The notes: generated by a model from the letters alone, not told the origin. DNA of 63,223 nt, filler included, from Choristocarpus tenellus KU-1152 (GCA_964200185.2; 13 parts of 13 records of this genome joined end to end with filler, not necessarily neighbours in it), one strand, 5' to 3'; counted from the first letter of the whole stretch, positions 34,415-47,674 are shown. Made by a program: numbers and translations.

Positions 34415-37400
34415 CTCGTATTTTCTCTTTCCCTGTTTTATTCGAGCTTGCCTCCTTGCCTCCTGCCTTGTCTTCTTCACATTGGCCTGCTCTTCAAACC
34501 ACTCTGGCGGTGTTAGGGTGTCCAAAAAGTGTTTGTACCTTTGTAGCAGAGGTAGAGGGGAGGAGGGAGTAAAGCAAGATGCGGCAGGGAGCAAGTGCGT
34601 GGAGTCAATGATGGGTATCAGCAAAGAAGCGAACGCCAAGAGGCAGGGCATGTGAGATGATTACATGGTTTTTATTCTCTAGACCTTTGCTTCAATTTTG
34701 AGATAGACAACTTGCAGTAGAGGTTAGGTCACGAGCAAGCTCGTTTGCACACAGAGACTGACCGAGAACAATCTCCTCGCTGACAGTAACCTATAGCAAA
34801 TCCGCTCCCATGGTGGTGAACGCTCCCATGGTGGTGAAGAGAGTGTGAGAGAGATTAGAGTGAGAGAGGGGGGGGAGCTTCCCAAGCATCATTGCAGACA
34901 CACTTGCCTCTGGAATAGAAGACATACCTTCATAAGCACCGGGAGCAGGGCATAATGAAAGATACTAGAATCCAGGACCTGAGGATGTGGATAACTGTGC
35001 ATGCACCGGCTTTCAAAGAGGTCAGGGAGAGCGGTGCCCAGATGCAACAAGGGCGTACACTTGAATGCTGTTCGATTTTCTTCACCTCAAACAGTCCTCC
35101 AGTGCCTCCCTGTGCTTGCTCATGTCACTCTGCACCATCTGAATCTGTTGGTTCAGTTTCTTGATCTCCTGCACCTTGTCTGTCTTGAGCTTGGCAAGGC
35201 AAAAATGCAACAACAACAACAAAAATCCGAAAGGAGGCACTATTCGTCAAGAGGCATTCCAGACAAGCACCGCCACAAATACAGTAGATATTTACAGAAA
35301 AATACAGTAGATATTTGATGCTGAGAAAAAGAAGAATTATCTGCCCCGTGCGTATGTGGGCCTTCGTCCTTCTGTGTGTGTCCATACCGTAGTTGGAATT
35401 GTTTGTCCGATATACTCATCTGGACCATATGATACGGCAATGCAACAATATACTGCTCAGTAGGAGACCATTGCATCGCAACTGTTTCGACCTACGCCGC
35501 CATTCTATTGTGCAAATCTGCTGGTTTTCTTGCAGTGGCAATCGAGCTATGAAAATGACTACTATTCTGGTGGGTCACTGTCGAGATCCTGATGCTGGTT
35601 CCGTACTGACCTGCCTCCCTTGCTGCAAGTGTGCAGGGAAATTACTAGTCTTTGAGTCGTGTCTAAACAAGAAAATATTGAAGGCAAAGAAGAAGAAGAC
35701 GTGAGCCAAAGTATCTTAGAGGGTAGAGCCGCGTCCATTTGGGGGCCGAAATCCAATGTTGCAGTTTTGATGAAATTTTGGCTATTGTGTTTGGTAGGAA
35801 GTGTCAATATCCTTGTTCCAAACGCACCTTTTCATAACGTATACATCTTACCTACTCCGAAACATTCTGGAGTAGGAAAATGTCATTAAGAAAAACATGG
35901 GAAGCCAAGCCCCAAATGGACAAAAAGGGAAAAACTCGTACCCTCTAAAATACTTTCACTCAGGTGGTTAGTATACACAAAGTATGACCTGGAATGTGAT
36001 GGCTAAGGCAAAGCAACAAATCACTTTTTAGTGCTGTACCCTACTACAGCATGTTCATGACTTGAGTGTACGCTCCTGTATGATAAAAAAAAATCGCTCA
36101 GGTGTGTTTACTTGTGTTCCATCTCACCCAAAGGAGCTAAGAATAGTCCGCGAGCAGAGTTCTTCAAAGGGAACGAAGTCTTGAGATAGAAGCTTGACCA
36201 ATCAGATGAATCCTTCCCATTCCGTTCTTCTTTATCCAATTAGTCTTTCAGTTTCTCAAACTCCAGAAGCTCCAAACTCTTCACAACCCGTACAAACAAC
36301 GAGACAAAAAAAAAAGACCCCGACTAAACATGCACCCTCAGCCTTGGAGGCAGAAAAGACTGGGCACCCGACTTGCACTTTTTTTACTGTGCTAGTGAGC
36401 GGAAATGAATAGAAAACGAAGGCCCTAAAGTTCCCCACGCTGTTGTTTAGGCCGTGTAGAGTAAATACCTTGGTTTCCTTTTCCGCCTTCTTGATGGCCT
36501 CGTGGGCCTTCTTGTCGTTCTCCTTTAGGAAGGTGTCAAATCGGATTGCATCCTCCTCAAGCATCTTTTTTTTTTTTGCGAGTGACAAAGGTGACGGTGC
36601 ATCAATCGATCGTCGGAGAGAAGCGGCAGTTTGGAAGATTGGGTTCAGCAGCCAGAATGGATTGTATCTTGACGTAAAGATGAGACCGGGGAGTGATGGG
36701 ATGGGTGTGATGTCCGAGAGGCGTCCGGAATAGTTGAGTCTTGACGTGGAGCAGGTCATGAAGGTATTGCCTATCTTGAAGAAACCTTAGTAAAAGGAGA
36801 TCAGGGAGCTTGAAGAAATAATCTCTTGGGATGGGATATTGCAACCCTTCCATTCTATGGTGGATAGACTCTTACAATATAAACATATTCACTGATTGCC
36901 ACATTTGTGTAGGATGTTTGGAACTCATCATCCATGAAAAAATATGAAATGAAGTCCAGAAAATAAGACCCATAGTGTCCTAGAGGGGTGGTCAAGCGTC
37001 CATTTTGGGGCGTGTATGACCCTATAGTGGTTCAATATCATGTGAGTAAACGTGTCAGATGTGAGGACAATTTTCTTCATCTGAATGCACCTTCCTTTTC
37101 CATCCCCCTGCCCAGACAAAATCCTAAGGAAATTCGCTCGCAAAATGGACATCAACCTGGGGTATCTTACAACACCACCCCTCTAGATTGCCATGGGTCT
37201 AACCCTTCACAATATCCGCTGCTACATTCAAATACCTATGGGCATAAAGATGTGAGAGATCCATTGACTACTGCATGGAAGCTAGAATTAAGATAGGGGA
37301 ATGAGAAAGCAGAAAAGGGGTGGCTCAAAGTATCTGGAGGGGGGGGGGGGGGGGGTATACACCAGAGTGTCCATTCAGGCCCTGACCAGGAAAAGTGCAC

Positions 37401-39886
37401 GTACATTATCCATCCGACGCACGGAACCAAATCACCCCAAAATTGCGACATGTAAAAATGGGCCCAGAATGGACAGTCGCCACACACCCCCAGATACTTC
37501 GGGCCGGTCACCTGCTCACTCTTCTTGAGTGCCTCCTCTTTCATTTGTGCCTTTTCCTCTAGCTTTCGGATCTCCTCCCTCTTTGTATCTAGTCTCATCT
37601 GCACAAGGAACATCTCCCTCTTCTTAGCTATGAACTCAGCCATACTCTCCTTCTCCTGCTGACGATCCTTGCCAATCATACTGGTTGCCTTAGAGAAGAG
37701 CAGTATTTTGCAGGGGGTGGGGGTGGGGGGGAGAGGAGTGCCTATGCTGGAGTCTTAAGATTAGCCAGAGCATAGACCAGATCACAGATGACAAGCCCTT
37801 GATGCTATCTGGGGATTGTGTTATCCTAGATGTGATCTGGATTCAACCCTAATTTTTTTTCAGGTGCTAGCTCCACTCAACATAGCATCAGTCTATAAAA
37901 AGTGATCATATCATGGTTGGGAGGAAGGACCAGACCGTTTTATGTCAGTTGGTGGTTTGAAAATGTGTTGTCAATGGTCATGCTCTCTTCCTCCATGATC
38001 TTAATGGCTTGAGAAGATGTGAGAATTATTACTTTGAAGTAGTAGTCTGTGACACATATTTCAACTGACATGTCATATTCTCATGTTCTGACCCAAAGTA
38101 TCTGGGGGGGTGGGGGCGGTCAACACCAGGGTATCCATTTGGGCCAAAACCAGGAAAAGTGCACTTACATTATCCATCCGACATATGTAACCAAATCACA
38201 CAAAAATTGGAACATGAAAAAATTGATCCTAAATGGATAGCCGCCACCTCCCCCAGATACTTTGAGCCTTTAATCCAACAGAACTTATCAAAACTAAACT
38301 GAACTTAATAGATTGAAACACTTATCATGCAATCCTCTGAGGACAGAGTTTCCAGAGGATGGAGCTGTAGGTGATTCTCAGGCTTGTCCTCAAATAATAC
38401 GACATGAGGTCAGGTTAGTTGGAGTCTTGCTGGGAACGATGTGGATCTTCAGGTGGATATCTAGTGGGAGCAGCAGTGGTGACTTGTCTTGCAAATAGCC
38501 TTGGCCTAATGCTCCAGCACTTTCGTGTGTGTACTTAGTTCATGCACTTTTTTGTACAGCACTTATGACAACTGGTGACAACAGAAGTAAGTCTTTCTAA
38601 GGGGGCGAAGCATGTGTACTGCTCTTGAGTATAGCTGGGGAGCAATCTTGGATAGTGTTGCGGATGGTTATCGACTTGTAGATAGCTGCAAAATGTGTAG
38701 CGTCCAAATCAGTTGTCCTTCCGTGCCACTCTGTACCATCACTTCCTTCCTGTGCCTGCTAATGTGAACTCCAAGCAGTGTTCAGTATTTAGCACCATTC
38801 ACATCAACACCACATTATAATGTCAACATAGTCAATTGTTGGGCATGTATCATTGTGGAGGGATGATTGTATTGACCCTTTTGAATATTTTCTTGGGGCT
38901 AATCTCGAAGTCATTCAGAATCTCTTATCAAGGTCGGAAGCGTCTTCAACTATGCGGGAATTGTAGTATACATTTTCTTTGCAGCATCTAACCCTTCATG
39001 GTTTATATCTCCAATGTATGGGGATGTGTTCCAGAGAAAATCAAATATCAACATAGTGGTAGGCATAAAACGCCCATATGTTCTCTCATTCACCGTATGA
39101 AAAACACTAAATAACTTCTAAGCATGCACCCATCACGTCCATCAGGTCCCGTGGCAGGTAAATGGGGGCATCAAGTTGATGAAGATTGATGCCTGATGGG
39201 AGTGGACCATACTAGAGTGTTGTGCCGTTCTTAGTGATAATAGTGTAGCAATTTTTTGCAACATCATTTTGTTCGGACAACTTCTCCCCAGTTTCCCCCC
39301 CTAGCCCAAACTTCTATTACCCACATTTTGCAGAATGCTCTTGGCCTTCTGTGTGCCTTTGCTGAGGCAGACGTCGTCAGGAGGATCATTTCCTCTTTTC
39401 TTCAATAGGTTTCCGATCTTTGCTGTGCGCCCTGGAATTGCACTTCTAGTAGTCTTCTGCCAAACCTGAAGGTGGATATATTCCGAGTGAGTTCAAAGGT
39501 CTTCAAGTCGATCCTATTAGCCAGACCCATTTTGATGAGACTTTGAAATTATTCACCTCGGTTGGGTTCGAGTTATGAAGTCTGTCAAGTGCCCCATAGT
39601 TGCTACGAACAATGCTATTTCTGCAGTCTGAAGCCCTTTAGCTTCAGAATATTGATGTGTATCGATGATATTTGTTATACTTCTCTTGGTGTATATGCGA
39701 TAACAGTTTGAGTACTATGTTTCCGCTTTCATTCAACTGCACCTTCTGATCCCTCCTTGCTGCTCTATCTGCAGCCTTTTTCAAGCGGTCTTCCTCTCGA
39801 ATACGGAACACCTCCTCGTCGCTTGGCAAGGTGAATGGATTACGCTCTAGTAACTGTGATCCTTGAGAGTCCTCCCCCTGAAGCAT
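34415..39886 (-). CDS. CFAP100: Cilia- and flagella-associated protein 100 (CCDC37/MIA1-like, DUF4200), first six exons
   Basis: Phase-consistent exons 39886-39743, 39465-39325, 37688-37512, 36564-39469 read as 36564-36469, 35189-35086, 34538-34415. Motifs NPFTLPSDEEVF, EKESMAEFIAKKREMFLVQMRLDTKREEIRKLEE, MLEEDAIRFDTFLKEND, YKHFLDTLTPPEWF. Confidence 0.92.
35703..35961 (+). mobile_element. MITE family A copy in CFAP100 intron 4
   Basis: GAGCCAAAGTATCTTAGAGGGTAG ... GTACCCTCTAAAATACTTTCACTC, 259 bp. Confidence 0.85.
37322..37505. mobile_element. MITE family B copy, 6 bp from the CFAP100 exon-3 donor
   Basis: GGCTCAAAGTATCTGGAGGGG ... CCCCCAGATACTTCGGGCC, flanked by GGT on both sides (possible 3-bp TSD). 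Confidence 0.85.
38090..38268. mobile_element. MITE family B copy in CFAP100 intron 2
   Basis: GACCCAAAGTATCTGGGGGGG ... CCCCCAGATACTTTGAGCC. Body is homologous to 37322-37505. Confidence 0.85.
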
Positions 39887-40309
39887 TCGCGCATGTTAGC
39901 TTTCGTCTTCTCATGGAGGAATACGCCACGAATGGTTTCAGGAAAGACGACACTTTAAACTCACATCATCCTCGTTGACAGCTGGCACCTGGTCGATCGT
40001 ACGGGCTCCTTGGCGTGCCCCATTTGCCATTGCACCTCTTTTTCTCCACGTTCACTCGATAATGAATGAACTCTGTTCACTGCAGTCGAATAAATGCAAT
40101 ACAAAACTGTAAGACACTCCTTAATTTTTGTAAGTGGTGGTGGTAATGGATGAAACGATCGGGTCTGTACGCCCTGAATTGGCGTGTTCACGTCCAATTT
40201 CAAATTCGCAACTCATTTCGTTTGCCCATATCAAGCATCTTTACAGGTATACAGCAAGAGGGTGGCACTATTCATTGTGCGGGGGACATTTCCATCATTT
40301 TTGCTAAGT
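39887..40309. promoter_or_regulatory. Probable bidirectional promoter between CFAP100 and the LRR gene
   Basis: 423 bp between divergent ATGs on one contig; CpG-rich relative to the gene bodies. No TSS data. Confidence 0.55.
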
Positions 40310-41367
40310 ATGTTTATCAAGAAAGACACACGAAAAATCCCAGATATTCTTGCAGACGACCAGGACCTGAGGGAGGAACTCAATCTAGGGCGAAGGTGAA
40401 AGTTCAATCACATGGAGGTTTCTGCTCGTGCTTTGGTCGTAGTGCATTAACATACTGGCCCTTTTGCGTCTGTGCCTGTGATATTTTCATAGTCATGCTA
40501 AGTTGATGATTCGATGCATTTCTGTTTTCATCATCCAAGTACATTTTAGGAAGGGTGGGAAGTACAGATCACCTTTTCCAACTCATATATTGCCTACTCT
40601 TACTCTGTCAGCGGTTACTCCACCATTTTCCTTCCAGAACCCACACTCAGTTCTTGAAAAATTATGTTTCTCATAGGCCATGGTCGCTTTTTGGTTTGGT
40701 CTGCTCTTGATGATTTCACTGTTGGCAGGTCGTCCGAATTCGCAGCCAATGGTATTCGGGTAGTATGCAGCCAGAGGAATGTGCCAAGGCTCCAGAACCT
40801 TGCGCGGATGTCCCTGTACGACAATATGCTCACCAGTGCCAAGGTGTCTGATCGTGACTCACTGTCATATCTGCATACTGTCGCGTTGATAATGAGATAT
40901 CTGTTGCTCGTTTGCTTCCTCCAATTTGTGTGTATGGAAGCGAGAGGAGAAGGCTGGGGCGAGGGTTGCTAGTGAACTGCCTTGTAGTGACGCTCAAGTG
41001 ACCACAATCTCAAGAATTTTCACATGACACAGCCTCGTCTCCGAACCAGTATTTTTGATGGACGGGGTATGGGTACAAACTATGGCAACAATGCGTTGGC
41101 ATGCGTTTTACTTCCGTTCGCACTCTGTGCTAAGGGTGGTTTCCCCCACCTCATCCCCTTGCCCTTTCGACTTGCCCCTAGCTGACAGAGGTTGTAAATG
41201 TCATTTATACAACACCCCAAATCACATCGTAGTTGTACGACTGACCTTTTTCCATTCGCCCACATACATGTCCTGCACAGGGAATTGGTGCTCTCTCTGG
41301 AACTCCATTGAAAGAGCTTAACCTGGGCAGAAACCAACTCAGGACTCTTCCTGGGGAGCTGGGGAAG
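40310..41367 (+). CDS. Leucine-rich repeat protein, first three exons
   Basis: Phase-consistent exons 40310-40395 (MFIKKDTRKIPDILADDQDLREELNLGRR), 40729-40843 (LQNLARMSLYDNMLT), 41281-41367 (LKELNLGRNQLRTLPGELG), containing LxxLxLxxNxL motifs. Confidence 0.85.
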
Positions 41368-42523
41368 GTGTGTGGCGGGAATTGAAATAGCAGTGCCTGA
41401 GTTACTTGAGTAAAGCAGGACATTCCTCCCTCAAACTTCCTCTCTCAAACTTCCTCTCTACTCTCATTCCCCTTGTCAGCTTCCACTCTCAAGCAGGTGA
41501 AGATTTAACTTGATGATCTACTTTTTGAAATTTTTCTTCTTCCATTTGTTGGTACAGAGGATTGAAGTCTGACGTGTATCTTCGCTCTTTAGTGATGGCC
41601 TGCCCCCTTGCAAAGCACTGCCCATGTTGTTCCACCTAAACTTGTATCGGTGTACAACTGTTGTGCTTTAGTTGGGCATGGGCAGGGTTGGATTTCTTCT
41701 TCGCCTCACTGACTTGGCATATTGTGGCTGCTGCTCACAACCTTCGGCTCTCCTTCTCCCGTCCAGTTGCTCCCCAAACGATAAATCCTAAGGACTTTAG
41801 GTGGAAGAGTAGATGGGAAGACAGGGAACAATCAGCACATGCCTCACCCCCCCCCCNNNNNNNNNNNNNNNNNNNNNNNNNNNNNNNNNNNNNNNNNNNN
41901 TTAATTAATTAANNNNNNNNNNNNNNNNNNNNNNNNNNNNNNNNNNNNNNNNNNNNAAACACCAAAAACAGAATTAAAAAAAAAGTATCTTTGGGGTTGG
42001 TTCCCCCAATACCCCCCCCCCCCCCCCCCTATGTCTGAATGAGCTGTAACTACTACCACACTAAAAAAACACACACGCGTATGAGAAAAAATTGCTAGAC
42101 CAATCAGACGCCCTAGTGTGGGAGCTTTAATTTTTATCTTTCCTACACTGAAATGAAACATAGAACTTACAAGAAATTTCCATCTGAAATGAAACTATCA
42201 CCAAACACACCATCGACATCGCCACCATAAGTATGATGAACAAACACGCCTTTACAGCTACTACTAATACTCCAAGTGTTATTATAATAATTATAGTAAC
42301 ACCAGTAATATTAATAAAATAATAGTAATACAAATATAATAATTGCATTAGCATCAACACTAACATTAACATAATAGTCACACCAACACCAACCCCAATC
42401 ATAAACATAATAATTACATCAACAACATCAACACTACTACAAAGACAATAATTACATCATCATCAACACTACTATAAATATATACTTGAGGACAGGGGAG
42501 GTCATGGTTGGAGGCTGACTGAC

Positions 42524-45500
42524 CTTCTGTTCAGACTCCCCTGACATGCCGCTAACAATCTCTGGTGCAGAAATCCTCAAGAAACAAACACCCAACTCTC
42601 CTGCAATAGCATTAGCCAACAGGGTTTTCCCACACCCTGGAGGGCCATGAAGGAGGATTCCACGGGGCTGGGGATAGGCACACAGCAGGCCAATGGGAAC
42701 AAAATAAAATAAAATAAGATGTAATTAAAGGGGACGGAGCATCAACCCTTGGAACGTGCCATGGCCCTCACTGTGAGGGATAGGGGTAGCAAAGGAGTTA
42801 AAAGCGCACTGCACAATAATTCATATTCATTCACTCGTTCAAAAACATTACGATTTTTAATCCAATTACACTGTTGATGTTGGTACTATTAAATTGATGG
42901 TGTTGATACTAACATATCAATGATTGTGATAGCGCTGCATCGACAAAATCAGAGGGCTACTATCGGTCAAGAAAATAACTCGAACACAATATGTAACTGC
43001 CGAATACAAACTGGCCTTGCACTCAATTTTTTTTTTTTTTGTGCCATTCGCTGCCTCCTTCAAAACACAACAAAAAGTTAAAATAGTCTTGATTATACCA
43101 ACACAAGTTAGCGCTAAAACAAAAGTTAAAATAGTCTTGATTATACCAACGCAAGTTAGCACTACAACAAAAGTTAAAATAGTCTTGAGATCATACCAAC
43201 GGAAAATGGAACTCTCATCCAGTAGCCCCATGAACATCACCTACCTATACCCACACAACACCACCAACCCTCAACTCGTCACAACAACAATAGAACCGTG
43301 TCAACAACGAGCACATTCTACATCTCAATGGGTAAGCAACAAATAACCAACCAATTACCATACCTTCTCCCAGTCGCACCAACCCTAACCCTAACCCCAT
43401 ATTCCCATAATGACAAACAAAAAAAATTATGTCCTCCCCCCCGTCTAACCCCCACCCTCCCCAGTGTACCAATCATCTCACAGGATCAACTTACCGGCTC
43501 TATTCCAAGGTGAGCATAGACTTCTGGGTGCACCAGAGGGTACTCTATCAGCTCCCGAACCTCCTGCAAAATGCCTGAGATGCCCCCTAGGTCGCCATAC
43601 CTGTGGCAATTATTTGGTCACATTGATTTTAAGGATGTAGTGGTTAATTGGGTTAGGGTTAGGGTTAGATGTACGTATGACTACGGCGAGAGTAGGATCT
43701 CAGCGATGAAAAAAAAAAACTGCAGAATTTTCTGAGAAAATGCAGAAATGTACGTTATGTACTGGTTCCGCAGGAGCTCGAAAGCTCCAAGTCGAAAGCT
43801 CCCAATCAAACGTACAAAGAGAAAAGATCTAGTCTTTTTTATTTTTTTTCACTGTTCCTACAAAACAATAAAAAAATAACACTGCAGCAGTCTCACAATA
43901 GGTACTGGTGCACTAACAGCAAGGGAGCGCACACAAACACTGGCAACCAATCCACAACTCAATGCCCCATATATATATATATATATATGGAAGCAATGGG
44001 GACTTCTGCAATCGTTACATGAAGGAGGCGTGTTTCACCCGAAATTTGAATTCCAGTAACGGGGCTGGAAATGTAGTGCGGACGTCAACTGCTGTCTGAG
44101 CAAGAAGGTTCTAAGAAAAATCTGATTGGATGATCCCCATGCATGTGTTCTTGTTGTCACTGTAAGGCTCCCCAATGATATATAGGAATGTTACAGAGGC
44201 AACGGACCACCGACTGATGGTATTGCAACGGAGGGTGAAGCGCGACGCATTGGCTAACCCTAACCCTTCCTCAAGTTCCCAGTAATGATATAATACTAGT
44301 AACAAGACAATATATATAGCTCAAGTGGTTCCTACTAGCCACGAAGTTGCACTGATGCAATTACGAACTCAATAACAAACACACTGGAACATATACAGCA
44401 CGGTCTGCTTCAGGCCGGATTGGATTGGGCGAGGCACTGAATTTGAAAAGTTATGCTGATGTGAATGACATCATTCCCAAATTGAGCAGTAACACAGCAA
44501 CACCTAATACCTGGGGATATAGGACTTCATCAACATCATCACACATTGCCAGGCAGGACCTATTGAAAAAAGTGGAAAATAAGAAATTAGTTGTCACACT
44601 GGGTCCATCCAATCAGAAACACCACTCACCAGGTATCACCCAGCTCAAAGGGGAACACAAGAAAGATCCACCACAACAAAAAGAAAACAAAAAAAAGAAC
44701 ACCCCCCAAAAAATATGGATCCCCCTGCCCACAGGTCTACGATGGTACTGAAAAAAGAGTCAAGCGAATTGCATGACCTGCGTGGCAGATCAGGTAATCA
44801 AACATACTGCAAGGGGAGTTATGGTATCGGGTGTAGCAACAGCGAAAAGGAGAGCCAACATTATCATTTCACTGCAGCTCACCAACTCCACCACCACCCC
44901 AATACGCTCCGGAACACGACCGCTGCCAGGAGTTAAGATGTCGGCACATACTCCAAAGAAATGAGTGCATGGATCAAACACAGCACTTCCCAATGGAGGG
45001 ACACCACTATAACATTCTCAAGATGCAAGTCTCTCTCTGTTGTATTGGCATTAGGTGATGAGTACAGGAAAACACTTTCATGCAAGACCAAAAAGAGAAA
45101 ATCAAACATACAGACAAGATCCTTTGGGTCCTCTTATAGCTGCCTCAGAACCATGCCTACCTAGCAGTCGGTCGTTCCACGACCAATCCTCCCGCTGAGG
45201 TAGAGCCACCAGGGCCGTTGCTGTTGGCTACAGGCGTACCAGATGTGCTTGGGCGCTGCCTCTTGACCTGCTTTTGACTTCCTTTGGAGTTTTTGGCAGA
45301 CTGACGAACAGTGATATTAACAAAAGATGATGGTAAGGACAGTATGTACTGGTTGTTCTTGCTAATCCAGGTGAATATGGTACCATTTGTGATTGACATC
45401 ATGCAGTGAGAAAATGGTAGCCGTGGTAAATACCATGGTGGGATAGTGTGCTTTTTGTACATAGGCGTGGAAAACAAGAGAGGCTTGGGGTGTCCTGCTA

Positions 45501-46664
45501 CAACACTTTACCTATTTTAAGTATACACAACTCTGTCAAATAAATATCTACATTTTTTACGCAATAAAATATTTATGTGTGTGTACGTACACGACGACAA
45601 AGCTTGACATTTTTCTCCTCACCCTCTCTCCGTCAGCCTGGTCCCTGTTCCCCCCACCCTCCACCACTGACTTATTATGGTTGGTTCGATAGGCTGCTAC
45701 CATGGACTGGTTCAGCAGGTTATGGGTACGTCCGCGCATTCCCGCTTCCGCCTCCAGTGCAGCCGCCTCATCCTCGCTGACCACCTTAACAACACAAGCG
45801 TATACACATCAAATACACAAGGATTACAAAGAAGCACACCAAGTGCGACCGTTAAGCCCAAAGCAGCATTTATCAATACTGTGAACTTGCTTAAGGTGAA
45901 AATATCTTCAATTTTTCTGGGGAAATCAGACGCGGTCTAAGCGACAAGGCGATGCCAGGAGTTCATGTCCTCGTTCAGCTTGCAACACAACGGTGTTGAC
46001 TTCACTTTTTAAAAGCCCTGTAACTCGAGACTTCGACAACATCAATGATACGGACTTGAGTTTCTTAAGAGACATTGGAAAAATGAAAGAACCCAACCTC
46101 ACGCACATCGTGGTCACTGCGGTTTAGGTGCACTTGCGCTTGATCTTGCTCTTGCCCTTGCCTGTTGCTTTGACCTGAATCGAGGCCGCCGCCTTCTGTT
46201 GTCCTAGCTCTTTTCTTCCTATCTCGAGAAGGGGCAGGACTTCCTTCAGCACACATCCTCAGAGCATTGCCTACAGACTTTCGTAGGGCACCCTGGGGGA
46301 GGAGGAAAGCGAGGCAGAGTTTGGACGTGGTAAGGAGTGTAAGGACTTGGAATGGGCACTCTCGAGATGCAAATACTCAATGCGGCATTAACAATCCATG
46401 TTTCGCATTCTACTGCGCATTATTCACACTTTCATTTATCCTTAGCATCTCCCGGAGCAAGCAAGACACTTAAAACACACTAGTCCCAACCTTAGGTTTG
46501 CGAGTGTACTCTTTAAAATTGTCGAGGAGGTACTGAAGGGCAGAGTCCTCTGTGACGAGTGCCCCCTTGACCCTTTGCTCAGTATACCAACTTCTGATCC
46601 GAAAAAGAAGTTTAGGGTCCGCAAAGTAGACCTTGTTTCCAGCCCTAAGCCCTGATATAGACAT
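42524..46664 (-). CDS. NVL: Nuclear VCP-like AAA-ATPase (NVL/Rix7, ribosome biogenesis), first six exons
   Basis: Phase-consistent exons 46664-46491, 46292-46098, 45784-45623, 45300-45161, 43600-43495, 42667-42524. D1 domain [50 protein letters not shown] and the NVL/Rix7 hallmark [15 protein letters not shown]. Confidence 0.9.
43073..43200. repeat. 48-bp minisatellite, ~2.7 copies, in an NVL intron
   Basis: AAAAGTTAAAATAGTCTTGATTATACCAAC... starts at 43073, 43121, 43169. Confidence 0.85.
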
Positions 46665-46989
46665 GTCTCAGATCTCGTTGGCTGGGGTGGGGTGGGTGAG
46701 ACGATTTTCCTTTAAGGCATGGAGGCGTGTTATAGTGCTATTAAAAGTGCTTTTGAAAATCGTTTGTAATAAAACAAAATGATTGTGAAGGTTGGATATA
46801 GTGAGATGGATTGTGGTCGTGGAGGTGTGGCTTCACAGTAGTGTTGGTCAGTGCCTTCAAAGTTTCTCCTGTTTCCATCTTGCGAACTTTCAATTGTTGA
46901 ACAACCTGACACTTGTACGATCTCGAGCGTAATTGTGAACGGGGGAACCAAAGATCACACCTGCGGACACAATAAAGAGAAGTTGAACC
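46665..46989. promoter_or_regulatory. Probable bidirectional promoter between NVL and a divergent gene
   Basis: 325 bp between divergent ATGs on one contig. No TSS data. Confidence 0.45.
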
Positions 46990-47674
46990 ATGGGCAAAAA
47001 GAGTAAGGACAAGGGAAAGAAGGAGATTAAGGGTCCCACAGGTAAGGGAATAGATATAAAGGCAGTAGATGAGCCGTATTTGTGGACCAGGAATCCAAGG
47101 AATTTCGCATCTGTTATGCTCAGACCTCGTGCAACGCCTTCTATTGGTCTCTCGTGCTTATGACACACCCTACAAAGGCGCTACGGTGTAGGGTGAAGCT
47201 ATCACAGATGTCTGCCGTATGCCCTTTAAGTTGGTCTCGAAGAAAACTCATTTTACAAATGGTTGCGAGAGGAGAGCGGTCACTGTTTCAGAATGCATTT
47301 AAACGGGACATAAGTTACTTGTATCATGATAGGACCAACTCTTTCTCCAATACCCCCTCCTCATGGCTTTCTGTCAGATTAACCGCATTCTGCTTGGATT
47401 TTTTTTTCTGCTTGACTGTGACATTTTCATCGGTCACATAGGCTGTTCTTGCCCTTGATGCTCTACTGGGGCAAAGCAGGCATTGGCGTATAGGATTATG
47501 GATACATGTTCATATATATAGTTGTATTTATGTTCAAATCTATCCACCAAGGGCAGTCCACATTTTGAGGTTGACTCCCTTCTCTCCCCACCTTATCGGC
47601 TTCTAACGATTACATCTAGATGGCCAAGATAGGCAGAGCGCATCAGGATCGAGGACGAAGACTTCAAATCGAAG
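46990..47674 (+). CDS. First two exons of an unidentified gene with a Lys-rich N-terminus
   Basis: ACCATGG start. Exon 46990-47041 (MGKKSKDKGKKEIKGPT, donor GTAAGG) joins in phase to 47620-47674, which is preceded by a CTAAC branch site and a TAG acceptor. Confidence 0.55.

Noticed and set aside
42127-42480. Hydrophobic 93-aa 'membrane protein' ORF
   Set aside because: Translation of AAT/CAT/ACT low-complexity intronic sequence.
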